Below are positions 28,990 to 42,702 of a stretch of DNA of 64,000 nucleotides, piece after piece. Location of the stretch: positions 146,258,001 to 146,322,000 of the forward strand of contig NC_042997.1 of the NCBI RefSeq assembly GCF_006345805.1, given 5' to 3'. Source of the DNA: Octopus sinensis (lineage: Eukaryota). A program made the position numbers and the translations under genes. Numbering within the stretch: position 1 is the first letter of the stretch; each line of letters opens with the position of its first letter. Below the pieces are notes generated by a model. That model saw nothing but the letters and a program-made list of their open reading frames with translations. It made no database searches and was not told the origin of the DNA.

Positions 28990-29350
28990 AGTACAGGACA
29001 CCACAAATGAACGTAGAACACAACGAGAAACGAAAACATAAAAACAACTAGGAAACGGACTTTTTTTAACAACGAAAAAACAAAATACAAGACAAACAAT
29101 ACAAGGAATATCCCCCTTCATCAGCTGTCCCAGGATCGACTCAATGCGTGTTTCGAAGGTAAGGACAGAACACGACCCGTCGATCCAATCCTTCCTGCAA
29201 AAGAATTAAATAAAATTCCTTTGCAGAGGGGTAAAAACAAGGAAAGAAAAAAATGTGACAAGAACATGACGTAAAAGCAATACTAATAAAATACAATTAC
29301 AAATAAAAATACAAATACAAAATAAAAATACAAATACAAAAATACAGTAC
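28990..29350 (-). mobile_element. Short element carrying permuted HHR copy B
   Basis: T-rich sense strand between (AG)n and (TG)n; hairpin CTGCAAAGGAATT/AATTCTTTTGCAG upstream of the HHR. Confidence 0.55.
29112..29186 (-). ncRNA. Non-circularly permuted hammerhead-like motif, copy B (best preserved)
   Basis: Minus strand: GGATCGAC gggt CGTGT-T(17)-CTGTCC tta CCTTC GAAA CACG cattga GTCGATCC tg GGACAG CTGATGA A GGGGG. Stems I (6 bp), III (5 bp), II (5 bp with G-U) and an 8-bp extra helix. Confidence 0.7.
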
Positions 29351-29354
29351 ACAT

Positions 29355-29441
<87 letters not shown>

Positions 29442-29798
29442 CACTGTTTATTCGAAATATAATGAAATGAAGTTAAAATTCTTTCTGAAAGCCGCTACGA
29501 TGCAAGCTGGAAACAAAGGAATGAAAATAAAGCAAAATAAAAGCATATCCCCATATTTAAAACAAATAAAAAACAACAATAAAACACTGTAACTGTTCGT
29601 GACCTTTATGACTTTTGGATTTGATGCCGCTAACAAGCGGAACGGAGAGCAAGAGTGAGTGAGTGAGAGAGAGAGATAAAGAAAGAGAGAGAGAGAAAAA
29701 ATGTGAATGGTATTGCGTGTGCGTGGGATTCTAGTCTGGTTAAGGAAGATGTAGTTTTGATGTATTTCAAACAATACAGAAGCTACATATGTATGTGC

Positions 29799-29881
<83 letters not shown>

Positions 29882-29995
29882 ACACACACACGCACACACA
29901 TATGAATAAATGTGCTCCAGCATGGTCGCAGTCAAGTGACTGAAGCAAGTAAAATAAAATAAAATAATGGTATATATATGTATGTATATATATAT

Positions 29996-30032
<37 letters not shown>

Positions 30033-30034
30033 AG

Positions 30035-30070
<36 letters not shown>

Positions 30071-30579
30071 CACTATGATCGTTATTTTTATTATGATTTT
30101 TTATTTATTTATGTATACATATTTATTCACTCCAATAATCATTATATTCACTGCGGTACTATTTTGATCAAACAACGTACAAGAGATGATTACTTATTAA
30201 CTATGTGACTTCTGTTGGCTTACAGCCGTTTCGCAACCTTTTTCATGTAATATTAATTTCAGTGTGGAAAAAATTACGTGTATATGTTAGCATTAATATG
30301 TAGGCTCAGAATTATACAATTGTATTTTCACAAATTAATGCAAAGAAAGCTAGCTAGATATGAACTCTTTGCGTTGTCAAAAATTTGGAATAAATAGCAG
30401 AGCTCTTCTTGTCTGACGTTTTTAGAGTCCACCATTACACAGACTTGGATTGATGCTTTTTATCGACCCAGAAATGATGAACGGTAAAATTGGTCTCAAA
30501 GGGATTTGAACACGGATTACGAAAAGTCGAAACAGATGTCACGCAGCATCACTATTGAATCTGCTAATATGCCACATAT

Positions 30580-30960
30580 GTAAGGCGGCGAGATGGCAGA
30601 AACGTTAGCACGCCGGGCGAAATGCTTAGCGGTATTTCGTCTGCTGTTACGTTGTGAGTTCAAATTCCGCCGAGGTCAACGTTACCTTTCATCCTTTCGG
30701 GGTCGATAAATTAAGTACCATTTACGCACTGGGGTCGATATAATCGACTTAATCCGTTTGTCAGTCCTTGTTTGTCCTCTCTGTTTTTGCCTCTTGTGGG
30801 TAGTAAAGAAATAGGTATTTCGTCTGTCTTTACGTTGCCGAGGTCGACTTTGCCTTTCATCCTTTCGGGGTCGATAAATTAAGTACCAGTTGCGTACTCG
30901 AGTCAATCTAATCGACTGGTCCCTCCCCGCAAAATTTCGGACCTTGTGCCTAGAGTAGAA
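30580..30960 (+). mobile_element. SINE family B (full copy plus partial)
   Basis: Head, core and GTTTGTCC tail present. Confidence 0.85.
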
Positions 30961-31129
30961 AAGAATATACCACCTATGTATATGCGCGTTATTGTGTGTG
31001 AGTGTATGTATGTGTATATGTGTGCGTGTGCGTGTGTATGTGTACAGAGAGAGAGTGAGAGGGAGAGATAGAATTGGAAAGAAATGCATATATATATATG
31101 TGTGTGTGTGTGTATTAATATGTATGTTT

Positions 31130-31386
31130 TTATCTTTTTACCTATTACTTGTTCAATCATTGGACTGTGGCCATGCTGGTGCACCACCTTGACGGGTTTA
31201 GTAGAACAAATCGGCCCCGGTGCTTATTTTTAAACCTGGTACTTAACCTATCGGCCTTTTCCGCCGAACCTCTTGGTTACGGGAATGTAAACAAAGTGAC
31301 ACCGTTTATCAAGTGATGGCGGGAGAACAAACACAAAGACACACACACATTAATGCATACATATCTTCATACACACACACACGCAT

Positions 31387-31468
<82 letters not shown>

Positions 31469-31850
31469 GGATGGATATAGGAGCAGGAGTAGTTGTGTGG
31501 TAAGTAGCTTGCTTACCAACCGCATGGTTCCGGGTTCTGTGTCCCACGGCGTTGCACCTTGGGCAAGTGTCTTCTATTATAGCCTCGGACCGACTAAAGC
31601 ATTGTAAGTGGATTTGGTAGCTGGAAACTCAAAGAAGCCCGCCGTGTGTGTGTGTGTTTGTGCGTCTGTCCCTCCACCATCGCTTGACAACCAATGTTGG
31701 TGTGTTTACGTACTCGTAACCTAGCGCTTCAGCAAAAAAAAAACCGAGGGAATAAGTACTAGGCTTACAAAGACTGGGGTCGATTTGTTCGACTAAAGGC
31801 GGTGTTCCAGCATTGCCGCATTCAAATGACTGAAACAAATAAAAGATTAA
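31130..31850. mobile_element. Two SINE family A copies (31130-31345 minus, 31479-31850 plus)
   Basis: Family match on opposite strands around (AGAT)n. Confidence 0.8.
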
Positions 31851-31953
31851 AATAATATACAAACACACACACTCACACATAACGCACGCACACATACGCG
31901 CACGCACACATACGCGCTCGCACACATGCATATACACACCCGTATGTGTGTGT

Positions 31954-32015
<62 letters not shown>

Positions 32016-32661
32016 ATGTATGTATGTCATTATTCCGTTTATTTCAAGAATTCTTGCCAATAGAGAAAGAACCGGTTTCTAACCTAGATCCAAGTTTGCT
32101 TCATTGAAATTTCAACATCAATAACAGGGTATTCTGTTTGTTTGTTTGTATGTATGTATTATGTATGTATGTGCCGATTTGTATGTTTTATGTATATATT
32201 CTCGTGCACATAGTAGCATATCTAGATATCTATGTATGTATGTATGTATGTATGTATGTATGTATGTATGTATGTATGTATGTATGTATGTATGTATGCA
32301 TGTATGTATGTATGCATGCCTGTATGTATGTATGCATGTATGTATGTATGCATGCATGCATGTATGTATGTATGTATGATGTATGTATGTATGTATGTAT
32401 GTATGTATGTATGTACGTATGTATGCATGCATGCATGTACGTATGTATGTGTTTGGCTAAAATCCATGAATTAGTCAGTTAATAGCTTCGGTATATTATT
32501 ATTATTAATATAATTGAATATTATATTCTCATATAATGAGAGGTCTAAAATATCTTTATATCATTATAATTCATCTCAGTAGATGATAGCGGTGATTATC
32601 TCAACTCCTGATATCAAATGAATTGGTAAAGTGGCTAATAGGATATGCGGTTTCTGTATCT

Positions 32662-32735
32662 GGCTCCGTAGCTCAGTTGGTTAGAGCGCCAGTCTAGTAA
32701 ACTGGAGGTCGAGTGTTCGAATCTCTCCGGAGCCT
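32662..32735 (+). tRNA. tRNA-Thr(AGT): tRNA-Thr, anticodon AGT
   Basis: Cloverleaf: acceptor GGCTCCG/CGGAGCC, D-stem GCTC/GAGC, anticodon stem CCAGT/ACTGG with loop CTAGTAA (AGT at 32696-32698), TTCGAAT T-loop, 74 nt, T6 terminator at 32744-32749. One T.T mismatch in the T-stem. Confidence 0.93.
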
Positions 32736-33243
32736 TAGCATTATTTTTTCGTTCTCTTTTTTACTTTAGGGCGCAAGCAAGACTTCAACAACATAACGTA
32801 GAGGCTCTATCATCGGTTCGCATTGTTGAAAGTTCCCAACATAATTTCTATGTTATCTTAACATAATATTTCGGCTTAGGTCTCCACTCTATAAATCTAA
32901 CACTGCAATATTGATTATATTTGGGTCAACAGATGTTCAGGGTTTAAGTTGAATACTGGGGTCGATTTAATCGATAATCCACTCCACTCAAAATATTTCA
33001 GACTTTGGCCCTATTGGTAAGAATTATTATTGTTATTATTAAGGTAGAATAATTAGCACGGCGGACAAAATGCTTAGCAGCATTTAGTCTGTCTTTATGC
33101 TCTGAGTTAAAATTCTGCCGAGGTTGACGTTGCCTTTCATCCTTTCGGGGTCTATAACTTAAGTACCAGTTGTGTACTGAGGTCGATCTAATCAACTTGC
33201 CCCCTCCCACCAAATTTCAGGCCTTGTGCCTATAGTCGAAGGG

Positions 33244-33285
<42 letters not shown>

Positions 33286-33347
33286 TCATCATCATCACTA
33301 TTATTATTATTATATTATTATTATTATTATTATTATATTATTATTAT

Positions 33348-33834
33348 TGGGTGAGAGAGTGATACCATGAAAGAGACACAGGGATACAGATATACGAAAA
33401 CCAGTATAGCCCTCATGATTACTCGTCTGATAAGGGTACACCAGGCACATGCACCACGACCATATATGCGCGACATGGTGATCTCATATCAAGATAAACA
33501 GCGCATTACCTTGCAGGTGGGGCTTTGTTTCAGTCATTGGACGCTGAGGTACCACGTTGAAGGGTTTAGTCGAGCATATCGACCGCAGTATCAGTCTCTT
33601 TTGCTGAACCGCTGATGAATGAACCACCAATGTTTTCAGAGGTGAATTATTGAAACCCCAAAAGTTTCCTTTCAACACATTGCTGTGATGCTCCCCCACT
33701 TCAGCTCGTGATCAGAGGTGCACATATCGTTAGCCACAAAGGGACGTGTTTAACTGTTTATCTTCAAACAAATGACAAACAAATCTGTGTTATTGAGCAA
33801 AATATTTGCTTTAGCCCATCTTTTATACCAAGGC

Positions 33835-33835
<1 letters not shown>
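33348..33835. mobile_element. Family E copy interrupted by a SINE-A fragment
   Basis: E sequence at 33348-33525 and 33615-33835, with a SINE-A 3' piece in between. Confidence 0.6.
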
Positions 33836-33896
<61 letters not shown>

Positions 33897-33931
33897 TTAT
33901 TATTATTATTACTATCATTATTATTATTATT

Positions 33932-34805
33932 GAGTGAGCGAGCAGAGCATGCCATCAAAGTGACACTGGGGTAAAATATACGAAGCCCAGTATACCCATC
34001 ATGACTACCCGTCTGATAAGGGTACACCAGGCACATGCATCACAACCATATATGCGCGACATGGTGATCTCATATCAAGATAAACAGCACATGACCTTGC
34101 AGGTGGAGCCCAGTTAGAATTTTCTTCAGATCGAGTAACCCATCCCGCTCAAAAGGTCCCTGAATAAGGGTTGTTTAAGGACGTTGAACGAAACACCCAT
34201 GTTTCCGAGGTGAATTATTCAAACCCCAAAGAATCCTTCTCAACACATAGCTATGATGCTCCCCCACTACTTCTGCTCGTGATCAGAGATGCACATATCG
34301 TCAGCCACTAAGGGACATGCTCAACTGGTTAAGGTCAAACAATGACAAGCAAATCTGTAGTATTGAGCAGAATATTTGCTGTAGCCCATTTTATACCAAG
34401 ACAAAACAATGTACATGATGACACTTCCAATCAGTTAAGATCAGAAGCCATGAGAGCCACTGCCTGGTACTGCATCAGGGCATTGTACTGCATCAGGGCA
34501 TGGTTATGCATCAGGGCTAGGTACTGCATCAGGGCTAGGTACTGCACAGGGCTAGGTACTGCATCAGGGCTAGGTACTGCATCAGGGCATGGTACTGCAT
34601 CAGGGCTAGGTACTGCATCAGGGCTAGGTACTGCATCAGGGCTAGGTACTGCATCAGGGCTAGGTACTGCATCAGGGCATTGTACTGCATCAGGGCTAGG
34701 TCCTGCATCAGGGCTAGGTACTGCATCAGGGCTAGGTACTGCATCAGGGCTAGGTACTGCATCAGGGCTAGGTACTGCATCAGGGCTAGGTACTGCATCA
34801 GGGCT
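33932..34805. mobile_element. TAA-array-associated non-coding element (family E), ending in an 18-bp minisatellite
   Basis: Homologous to 25704-26225, 33348-33835 and 35612-36118; all abut (TAT/TAA)n. Confidence 0.8.
34466..34805. repeat. 18-bp minisatellite, about 19 units (GGTACTGCATCAGGGCTA)
   Basis: Direct reading; produces the (GLGTAS)n and (MQYLAL)n pseudo-ORFs. Confidence 0.95.
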
Positions 34806-34827
34806 ATTAAGCGATGAATGATGAATG

Positions 34828-34909
<82 letters not shown>

Positions 34910-34945
34910 TATCATTATTATCATCATTATTATTATTATCATTAT

Positions 34946-35480
34946 TCAGTAGTTTTATTTTTATAGCGTGCTTTCACTTCACTACGAGCACAGCTCTGTG
35001 TGCCTTGGGTATGTGCTGTGATTTGTTGTGATGCTCTGATGGTTATTGTATGGAAAGTGTTCTGCGTAGGATGTGTGCAGTGCCTAGTAGTGCAATTTTC
35101 TGTATGTTATATGTTTGTAAGTCCTGGTGTTTTTGTTATGTATTGTCTGAATATTTTTTTATCATGCCTAATGCACCTACTATGATAGGAATTGTTTCTG
35201 TTTTCAGATTCCACATTCTAGTTACCTCTATTTCCAGGTCTTTGTATTTTGAGAGTTTCTCCATTTCTTTTAGAGACACGTTGTCATCAGTCGGTATTGA
35301 TACATCAATTAGAAAGCATTTTTTTTCTTCATGATCTCTGACAACTATATCTGGTCTGTTGGCCTTATTTTCTCTATCTGTGTGTATCGGCATATCCCAG
35401 ACAGAGTATGGTTGCTTTCTCGTTTTCTGTGACCTTTTCTGGTGTGTGCCTATACCATCTTTTTTCTGTTGTTATTCCAT
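34946..35480 (-). mobile_element. R4/Dong-clade LINE 3' fragment (restriction-like endonuclease)
   Basis: ORF 35136-35393 NRPDIVVRD...LIDVSIPTD...EKLSKYKDL...PIIVGALG; flanked by (TAA)n. Confidence 0.88.
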
Positions 35481-35481
35481 A

Positions 35482-35522
<41 letters not shown>

Positions 35523-35551
35523 CATCATCATCATCATCATCATCATCATTA

Positions 35552-35592
<41 letters not shown>

Positions 35593-35611
35593 TATTATTA
35601 TTATTATGATT

Positions 35612-36118
35612 AGGAGAGAGCAGTGCCATGCCATCAAAGTGACACTGGGGTACAAATATACGAATCCCAGTATACCCATCATGACTACCCGTCTGATAAG
35701 GGTACACCAGGCACATGCATCACAACCATATGTGCACGACATGGTGATCTCATAAGAAGATAAACAGCACATGACCTTGCGGGTGGGGCCCAGTTAGAAT
35801 TTTCTTCTGGTTGGGTAACCCATCCCACTCAAAAGGTCCCTGATTAAGGGTTGTTTAAGGATGTTGAAAGAACCACCTATATTTCCAGAGGTGAATTATT
35901 CAAACCCCAAAGAATCCCTCTCAACACATGGCTATGATGCTCCCCCACTACTTCTGCTCATGATCAGAGATGCATATATCATCAGCCACTAAAGGACATG
36001 CTCAACTGGTTACGGTCAAACAACTGACAAGCTATTCTGTGGTATTGAGCAGAATATTTGCTGTAGCCCATCTTTTATACCAAGGCAAAACAATGTACAT
36101 GATAACACTTCCAGTCAG
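35612..36118. mobile_element. Family E copy
   Basis: High similarity to 33932-34440; TAA flanks. Confidence 0.8.
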
Positions 36119-36127
36119 TTATTATTA

Positions 36128-37915
36128 TTTATTGTGTCAGTTATCCACAGCCAGCAGACTAAGGTGACACTCGTTTATTGGTCATACTTCAAGAACCCTG
36201 TGAAGAATTGTTGCAGTTCCAAGCAATGCTGATTTTTGTAGGTGTTCTACCTTCACACTTGCACCAATCTTTTTCAGCCATCTTGGTAGTTGAGGGCTGA
36301 TACTTCCAAGTGCACCAATTACTGTTTGTATCACGTCTACTCCCTTCATTGATCACAACATTCGTACTTCCTCCTTTAAATCGCCGTAGTTGTTTATTTT
36401 TTCTTCTTCTTTCACATTGATACTGTCGTCACCGGGGCATGATATGTCGATAATCATACATGTTCTTTCTTTTTTATTCACCACAACAATGTCCGGTTTC
36501 TTATGTCTAGTGAGGTGATCGTACTGGATCATTACATCCCAGAGGATTTTGCAGTTCTCATTATCGGGGGTTTATTCATACCACGTCTTTGCTTTTTGTA
36601 GGCCGTGATTTTCACAGAAGTCTCAATGGTTCATTCTTGCCACGTTGTCATAGCGTCCTTTGTATTCGCGTTGTGCCAATTTCGGGCATTCGCTAACGAT
36701 GTGTTATACCATTTCACTCCTCTCACCACACATTCTGCATTTGTCTCTATCGGTAGTGTTGTCAATTCTGCATTTTATATAATTGGTCCTTAACGCTTGT
36801 GCCTGAGCTACGCATATAAGTGATTCTGTCTCTATCTTCAGGTCACTCCTCCTCATCCATAGCCACCGGTGCTCTGTATTTGTCTTGGCGTTCACATTTC
36901 TTGCAAACTGACCGTATATTTATCCTTTTTGGCATTTTTTGTCGATTTCTTGTTTAAATTTGTCATTAGTTACACGATTTTCAGTTTTGATGACGCCGGC
37001 CTTCTTCATGTTTTTCAACAGTGGCTCCACGGTATTTTTTTATATATCACCCTAAGCCGTTTTCCTCTGCTTCGATACAGTTCTGGCAACTGATCAAACC
37101 TCTCCCACCCTTTCTTGTGGACAAGTACAGCCTATCGGTGTCACTCTTAAGGTGGAAGGCTCCGTGCACTGTCAACATTTTTCTGATCTTGGTATCCATT
37201 TTCTTCATTTCTCTCTTTTGCCATTTTATAACTCCCGCTCCATAACGAAGTGATGCTATCGCCCACGTATTAACTGCTTGGATTTTATTCTATCCAGTCA
37301 ATTTTGAGCGCACAGTACCAACTTCAGTCTTCGGAAGTACTCCATCCTCAGTTGCTCTTTCATTTCGTTTTCCATTATTTCGTTGCACTCTAGTACACCA
37401 ACGTATTTGTATCTTTTCTGTTTCAATTTGCTAAGTCAAGTCTCTATTCGGTAATTCTGTCCCTGCTAGGGACTGTACTTTGCTTCTTTTTTTTTTTTTG
37501 GTAGATTACTCCGCACTTATTGAGTCCAAGTTCCATTCTAATATCAGTACTAAAACAGTTGACCGTGTTCACCAAGGAACTTACTTGTATCTCATCTTTG
37601 CCATATAGTTTCAAATCATCCATGAAGAGAAGATGGTTGATATTTGGGATTTTTCTTTTAGCTGGGGACCCCAGGATCATTTTCTTGAGTACCAGGGACA
37701 GGGGTATCATGCAGAGGACATGCTGTCACCATGGAAAATCCCTCTTCTGATACCCAGGGTGCCCAAGCTTTTTCCGTAAGATGTCAGTTCAGTTTTCCAT
37801 CCCACCATACTTCTCTTCAGGAAACACGTTACATTCCTCGCAATTCCAAACAGGCATAAGCACTCGATGATCCACGAATGTGGAATTATGTCATAGGCTT
37901 TCCGATAGTCAATCG
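36128..37915 (-). mobile_element. R4/Dong-clade LINE, decayed 3' 1.8 kb (RT end, CCHC finger, REL endonuclease)
   Basis: INHLLFMDDLKLYG (RT), CRMCGERSEMVYHIVSECP (CCHC), KPDIVVV...IIDISCPGD...VIGALG (REL); TAA repeats at the 3' end. Confidence 0.9.
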
Positions 37916-38118
37916 TGTTATAAATATTTAAGGCGGCGAGCTGGCAGAAGCGTTAGCGCGCAGGACGAAATGCTTAGCAGTCCATCTTTACGTTCTGAGT
38001 TCAAATTCCGCCGAGGTTGACTTTGACTTTAATCCTTTCGGGGTCGATAAAATAAGTACTAGATGTAATCGACTTAACCCTATCCCAAAATTGCTGCTCA
38101 TGTGACTAAATTTGAAAC

Positions 38119-38180
<62 letters not shown>

Positions 38181-38200
38181 TATTATTATTGTTATTATTG

Positions 38201-38234
<34 letters not shown>

Positions 38235-38261
38235 CATTATTATTACTTTTTACTTTTTTAC

Positions 38262-38391
38262 TTTTTTACTTGTTTCAGTCATTTTGACTGCGGCCATGCT
38301 GGAGCACCGCCTTTTAGTCGAGCAAATCGACCCCGGGACTTATTCTTTGTAAGCCCAGTACTTATTCTATCGGTCTCTTTTGCCGAACCGC

Positions 38392-38392
<1 letters not shown>
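38262..38392 (-). mobile_element. SINE family A 3' fragment
   Basis: Family match. Confidence 0.8.
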
Positions 38393-38438
<46 letters not shown>

Positions 38439-38454
38439 CTTCGTAACTCAATGT

Positions 38455-38749
<295 letters not shown>

Positions 38750-39508
38750 TCATCTCAGTTATAATCTAAGGATTGACGCAATTATTGTGTCTCCTTCCTT
38801 TTCTTAAGACGGTGGAGAATTATCATATGAGAGAAATTTTTGCAGATACTTCTAGCAGGCTGACCGTCCAATTTCGAAGCTCCCCCCCGCTCCACATACA
38901 AGGAAAAAACTAACTTAAAAGAAACACGTTTTCTAAAGAAATGGACGATATATATAAGTAAGTATAAGTAATAAAAAAAAATAATAATAATAAAATAATA
39001 ATAAAATGTTTTTTTCGAGTGAATAAATCAAATGTTACACACGCCACGGTAGATCCTCTTATCCAATGAAACAATAAACGAAACAACAAAAAGGTCAAGT
39101 GATTACTTTAGATAAAGTAATTGGTGTTTGCGTATTACTAACACAGGAGGCAATTGGTTAGGTCAAAGGGTAAGGAAATCCGAGAAATTGTCATCTTGTT
39201 CATTAAACAGAGTAAGTCGACAAGTGATTAGTTTGCTGTCGCCAAATATGGCCCAAAGAAAACAAACCACGAACTCGGACCACCTGCTTCGTCTAATCCG
39301 TTCAGAAGGCATACTTACTGAAGCGCAATTCTTTCTTAGTCCATTGTGCATTTTATATTTTTATATTACATTATATTATACGTATACAACACACATCATA
39401 TACTACAGATGTTTATATACAATATATGACGAACATGCGTGATGTGTTTGCGTGCGTGCGTGCGTGCAAGTGTGTGTGCATGTGTGTGTGTATATGTGTG
39501 TGTGTGTG

Positions 39509-39539
<31 letters not shown>

Positions 39540-39561
39540 AGTGTGTGTGTGTGTATCCAGT

Positions 39562-40138
39562 ATCTTTTACCTGTTTCAGTCATTGGACTGCGGCTACGCT
39601 GAGGCTCCACGTTGAAGGGTTCAATCGAATATATCGACCCCAGAATCAATTCTTTTGCTGAACCGCTAGATCATGGGAACGTAAACAAACTAGCACTGGC
39701 TGTCAAGCGGTGATGGGGATAAACACTAAGAGAAAGGTACATACATAGCTATATGCATATATGTGGCCGACAGGATTCTTTCAGTTTCCACTCACAAGGC
39801 TTTTGTAGAACCGGAAATATAGTTGAATACACTATCCAAAGGCGCAACGCTGTAGGACCGAACCTTGAACTATGTGATTGGAGATCAAACTTCTTACCAC
39901 ACAACCACGCTACATAATTGTTTTTAACTGTAGAACTCGAAGTAGGTAAAAGTTACTCTCAGTTTCCATCTACCAAATCCAGTGGGCCCGAGACTATCGT
40001 AGAAGAGACTTGCTCGAAGTGCTGCACAGTGGGACCGAACCCGCAAACGTGTGGTTGGGAAGCGAGCTTCTTACCACAGAGTCACGTCTGCGGCTGTAGC
40101 CACGTCTACGCCTACATATACATACGTACATAATACTT

Positions 40139-40189
<51 letters not shown>

Positions 40190-40479
40190 AACACACACAC
40201 ACACACACATATTCTTTTATTCTTTTATTCTTTTACTCGTTTCAGTAATTTGACTGCGGTCATGCTGGAGCATCGCCTTTAGTCGGACAGATCGACCCCA
40301 GGCCTTGTTCTTCGTAAGCACAGTACATACTCTATCGTTATTTTTGCCGAACCGCTAAATTTCGGTTTGTGAAGTGATAGTGGCGAGACAAACACAGACA
40401 CACAAATACATACATACATACATGCATATATATATATATATACACACACCACATATTTATACATACATACATACATACA

Positions 40480-40511
<32 letters not shown>

Positions 40512-40515
40512 CTAT

Positions 40516-40584
<69 letters not shown>

Positions 40585-40630
40585 GACGGATTTCTTTCAG
40601 CTTCCCTCACAAAATCCACTTACAAGGCTT
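39562..40630 (-). mobile_element. Cluster of three SINE family A copies/fragments
   Basis: Matches at about 39562-39910, 39955-40095 and 40215-40630. Confidence 0.7.
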
Positions 40631-40651
40631 TGGACGGTCCTATATACATAT

Positions 40652-41957
40652 ATACAGGAGCAGTGAAATAATTGTTTAAATTATGCAAAATGAGGATAAC
40701 ACTAGCATCCCGTTTTAACTGATATATTTTCCATGATTACATAAAAATATCTTGAAATACTGAAGAGTAAATTTATTCAATAAAATCGCCATTGGCTTCA
40801 ACCACGACCTCCAGACAACTTCGGAATCTCCTGCAACTCTCCTGGACGGTTTCCTTGTTTAAATGTGTGAATACTGCCATAATCCTTGCCTTCAGTTCAT
40901 CTTTGCTGTTACAAGTTTTGTTGGTCTCTCGCTCAACATAATAATCGCACGCATAATAATCAAGGGGATTGCAATCTGTTGGAGTTAGGTGTCCAGATTT
41001 TAGGGGTGATGTGGTCGCAGAAATTGTCTTACAGCCATGACTGGGATTTCCTGCTTGTGTGGCACGGTGCAGAGTCCTGTTGCCGGACATAGGGTCTTCC
41101 AGTAGCCACCCTCTTGACCTAGGGCAGCACTACCTCCTCCAGGCACTTGATGTAGTCCTCCGTGTCGAGTGTGAGGCCGATTGGCAAGATGAATGGGGGC
41201 ATAACGTCGGCATCACTAGTGATCACTCCAAACACCATGATGTTGACTGGATGTTTGATTTTTTATCATTCTGGGTATAGTTTTGGGAGAATACAGCAAA
41301 CCAGCGGTTGTTCTGTGTGTTCACCATCTGATCTTGGCAGAAACTTTTCTCGTCTGAGAAAAACCAAAGCATGTTTGGTTAGAGGCGATGCTTGAGTTTG
41401 TCCAAAAGCTTCGTAATGCGATCATTCCTCTTGTCCTTGATAGCTTGAGTTAAAAATTGGCTCTTTCTCATCTTGTATGAGAAATACCGAATGTCTTCAT
41501 GCACCACTTGCCTGATAAGAAACTCAAACACATGTCCTGGCGAATACCTTAATTGACCTGGAGAGGGATTGTTGTCAATCATGGCCTGGAACTCACCAAC
41601 AAATTCAGGAGTTCTTTTCTTATCAGAACGATGAGAGTGAGTTTTCCGAGCAACCGTACCTTTGTAATCACCATTAGACTCAACCAACTCTTTCCAAATC
41701 CTCTGCACTGTCCTCAGATTAACATGCAAACACTCTGAAATGCTCATATTAGAGTTTCCGGCGCGAATGCCAAGTAGTACAGCATGTCGTTTCTAAATTT
41801 CTGGCAGAGTGAATTGTTTCATGGAGCTGTTTTTCTCACAGACGGTGCCCAACTGACCCTATTATATTGTGCGGTCGACAAAATCAAAAACAAACAATGC
41901 GCACGCGTGAAATTAAAATTTTAAAATGGCGACAATCTATTAATGAGTCCTACGCAC

Positions 41958-41960
<3 letters not shown>
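40652..41960 (-). mobile_element. Decayed Tc1/mariner transposon, DD37D (maT-like), second copy
   Basis: Fragments LHVNLRTVQRIWKEL...RTPEFV and CNPLDYY...ELKARIMAVF...RFRSCLEVVVEANGDFIE, homologous to 5830-6940. Confidence 0.88.
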
Positions 41961-41998
<38 letters not shown>

Positions 41999-42039
41999 TA
42001 TATATACATATATATGTATCTGTACATATACATATATAT

Positions 42040-42425
42040 TTTTATTCTTTCATTTGAGTCGGTCATTTGACTGCGGGCATACAAGAGCACCGCCTTGAAG
42101 GATTTTAGTCGCACAAATCGACACCAAGGCCTGATTTTTAAAGCTTAGAACTTATTCTATCGGTGTGTTTTGCCGAAACGCTAGGTGACGCGGACATAAA
42201 CACACCAACACAAGTTGTCAAGCGGTGATAAGAGCCAAATACAGACACAGACACACACACACATACATACACACACACACACAGGATTCTTTTAGTTTCC
42301 GTATACCAGATCCACTCACAAGGCTTTGGTCGGCCCGAACTTATAGTAGAAAACACTTGATCAAGGTGCTACGCAGTGGAACTGAACACGGAACCGTCTG
42401 GTTGGGAAGTTAGTTTCTTACTACA
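42040..42425 (-). mobile_element. SINE family A
   Basis: Family match. Confidence 0.8.
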
Positions 42426-42521
42426 CATGCACGCCTGCACCCATACATACATACATACATACATACATACATACATACATACATACATACATACATACAT
42501 ACATACATACATACACACTCA

Positions 42522-42565
<44 letters not shown>

Positions 42566-42642
42566 TCATACTACTATATTTACATACATATAACTACTTC
42601 AAGTGCATAAATATACCAACGTGTTTAGATACACACATCACA

Positions 42643-42702
<60 letters not shown>

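Noticed and set aside
34466-34805. CRISPR-like regular array
   Set aside because: Units are contiguous with no unique spacers, and the context is eukaryotic.
34342-34821. 159-aa ORF with (GLGTAS)n repeats, and antisense (MQYLAL)n ORF
   Set aside because: Translation of an 18-bp minisatellite at a mobile-element end; the frame shifts within the array.
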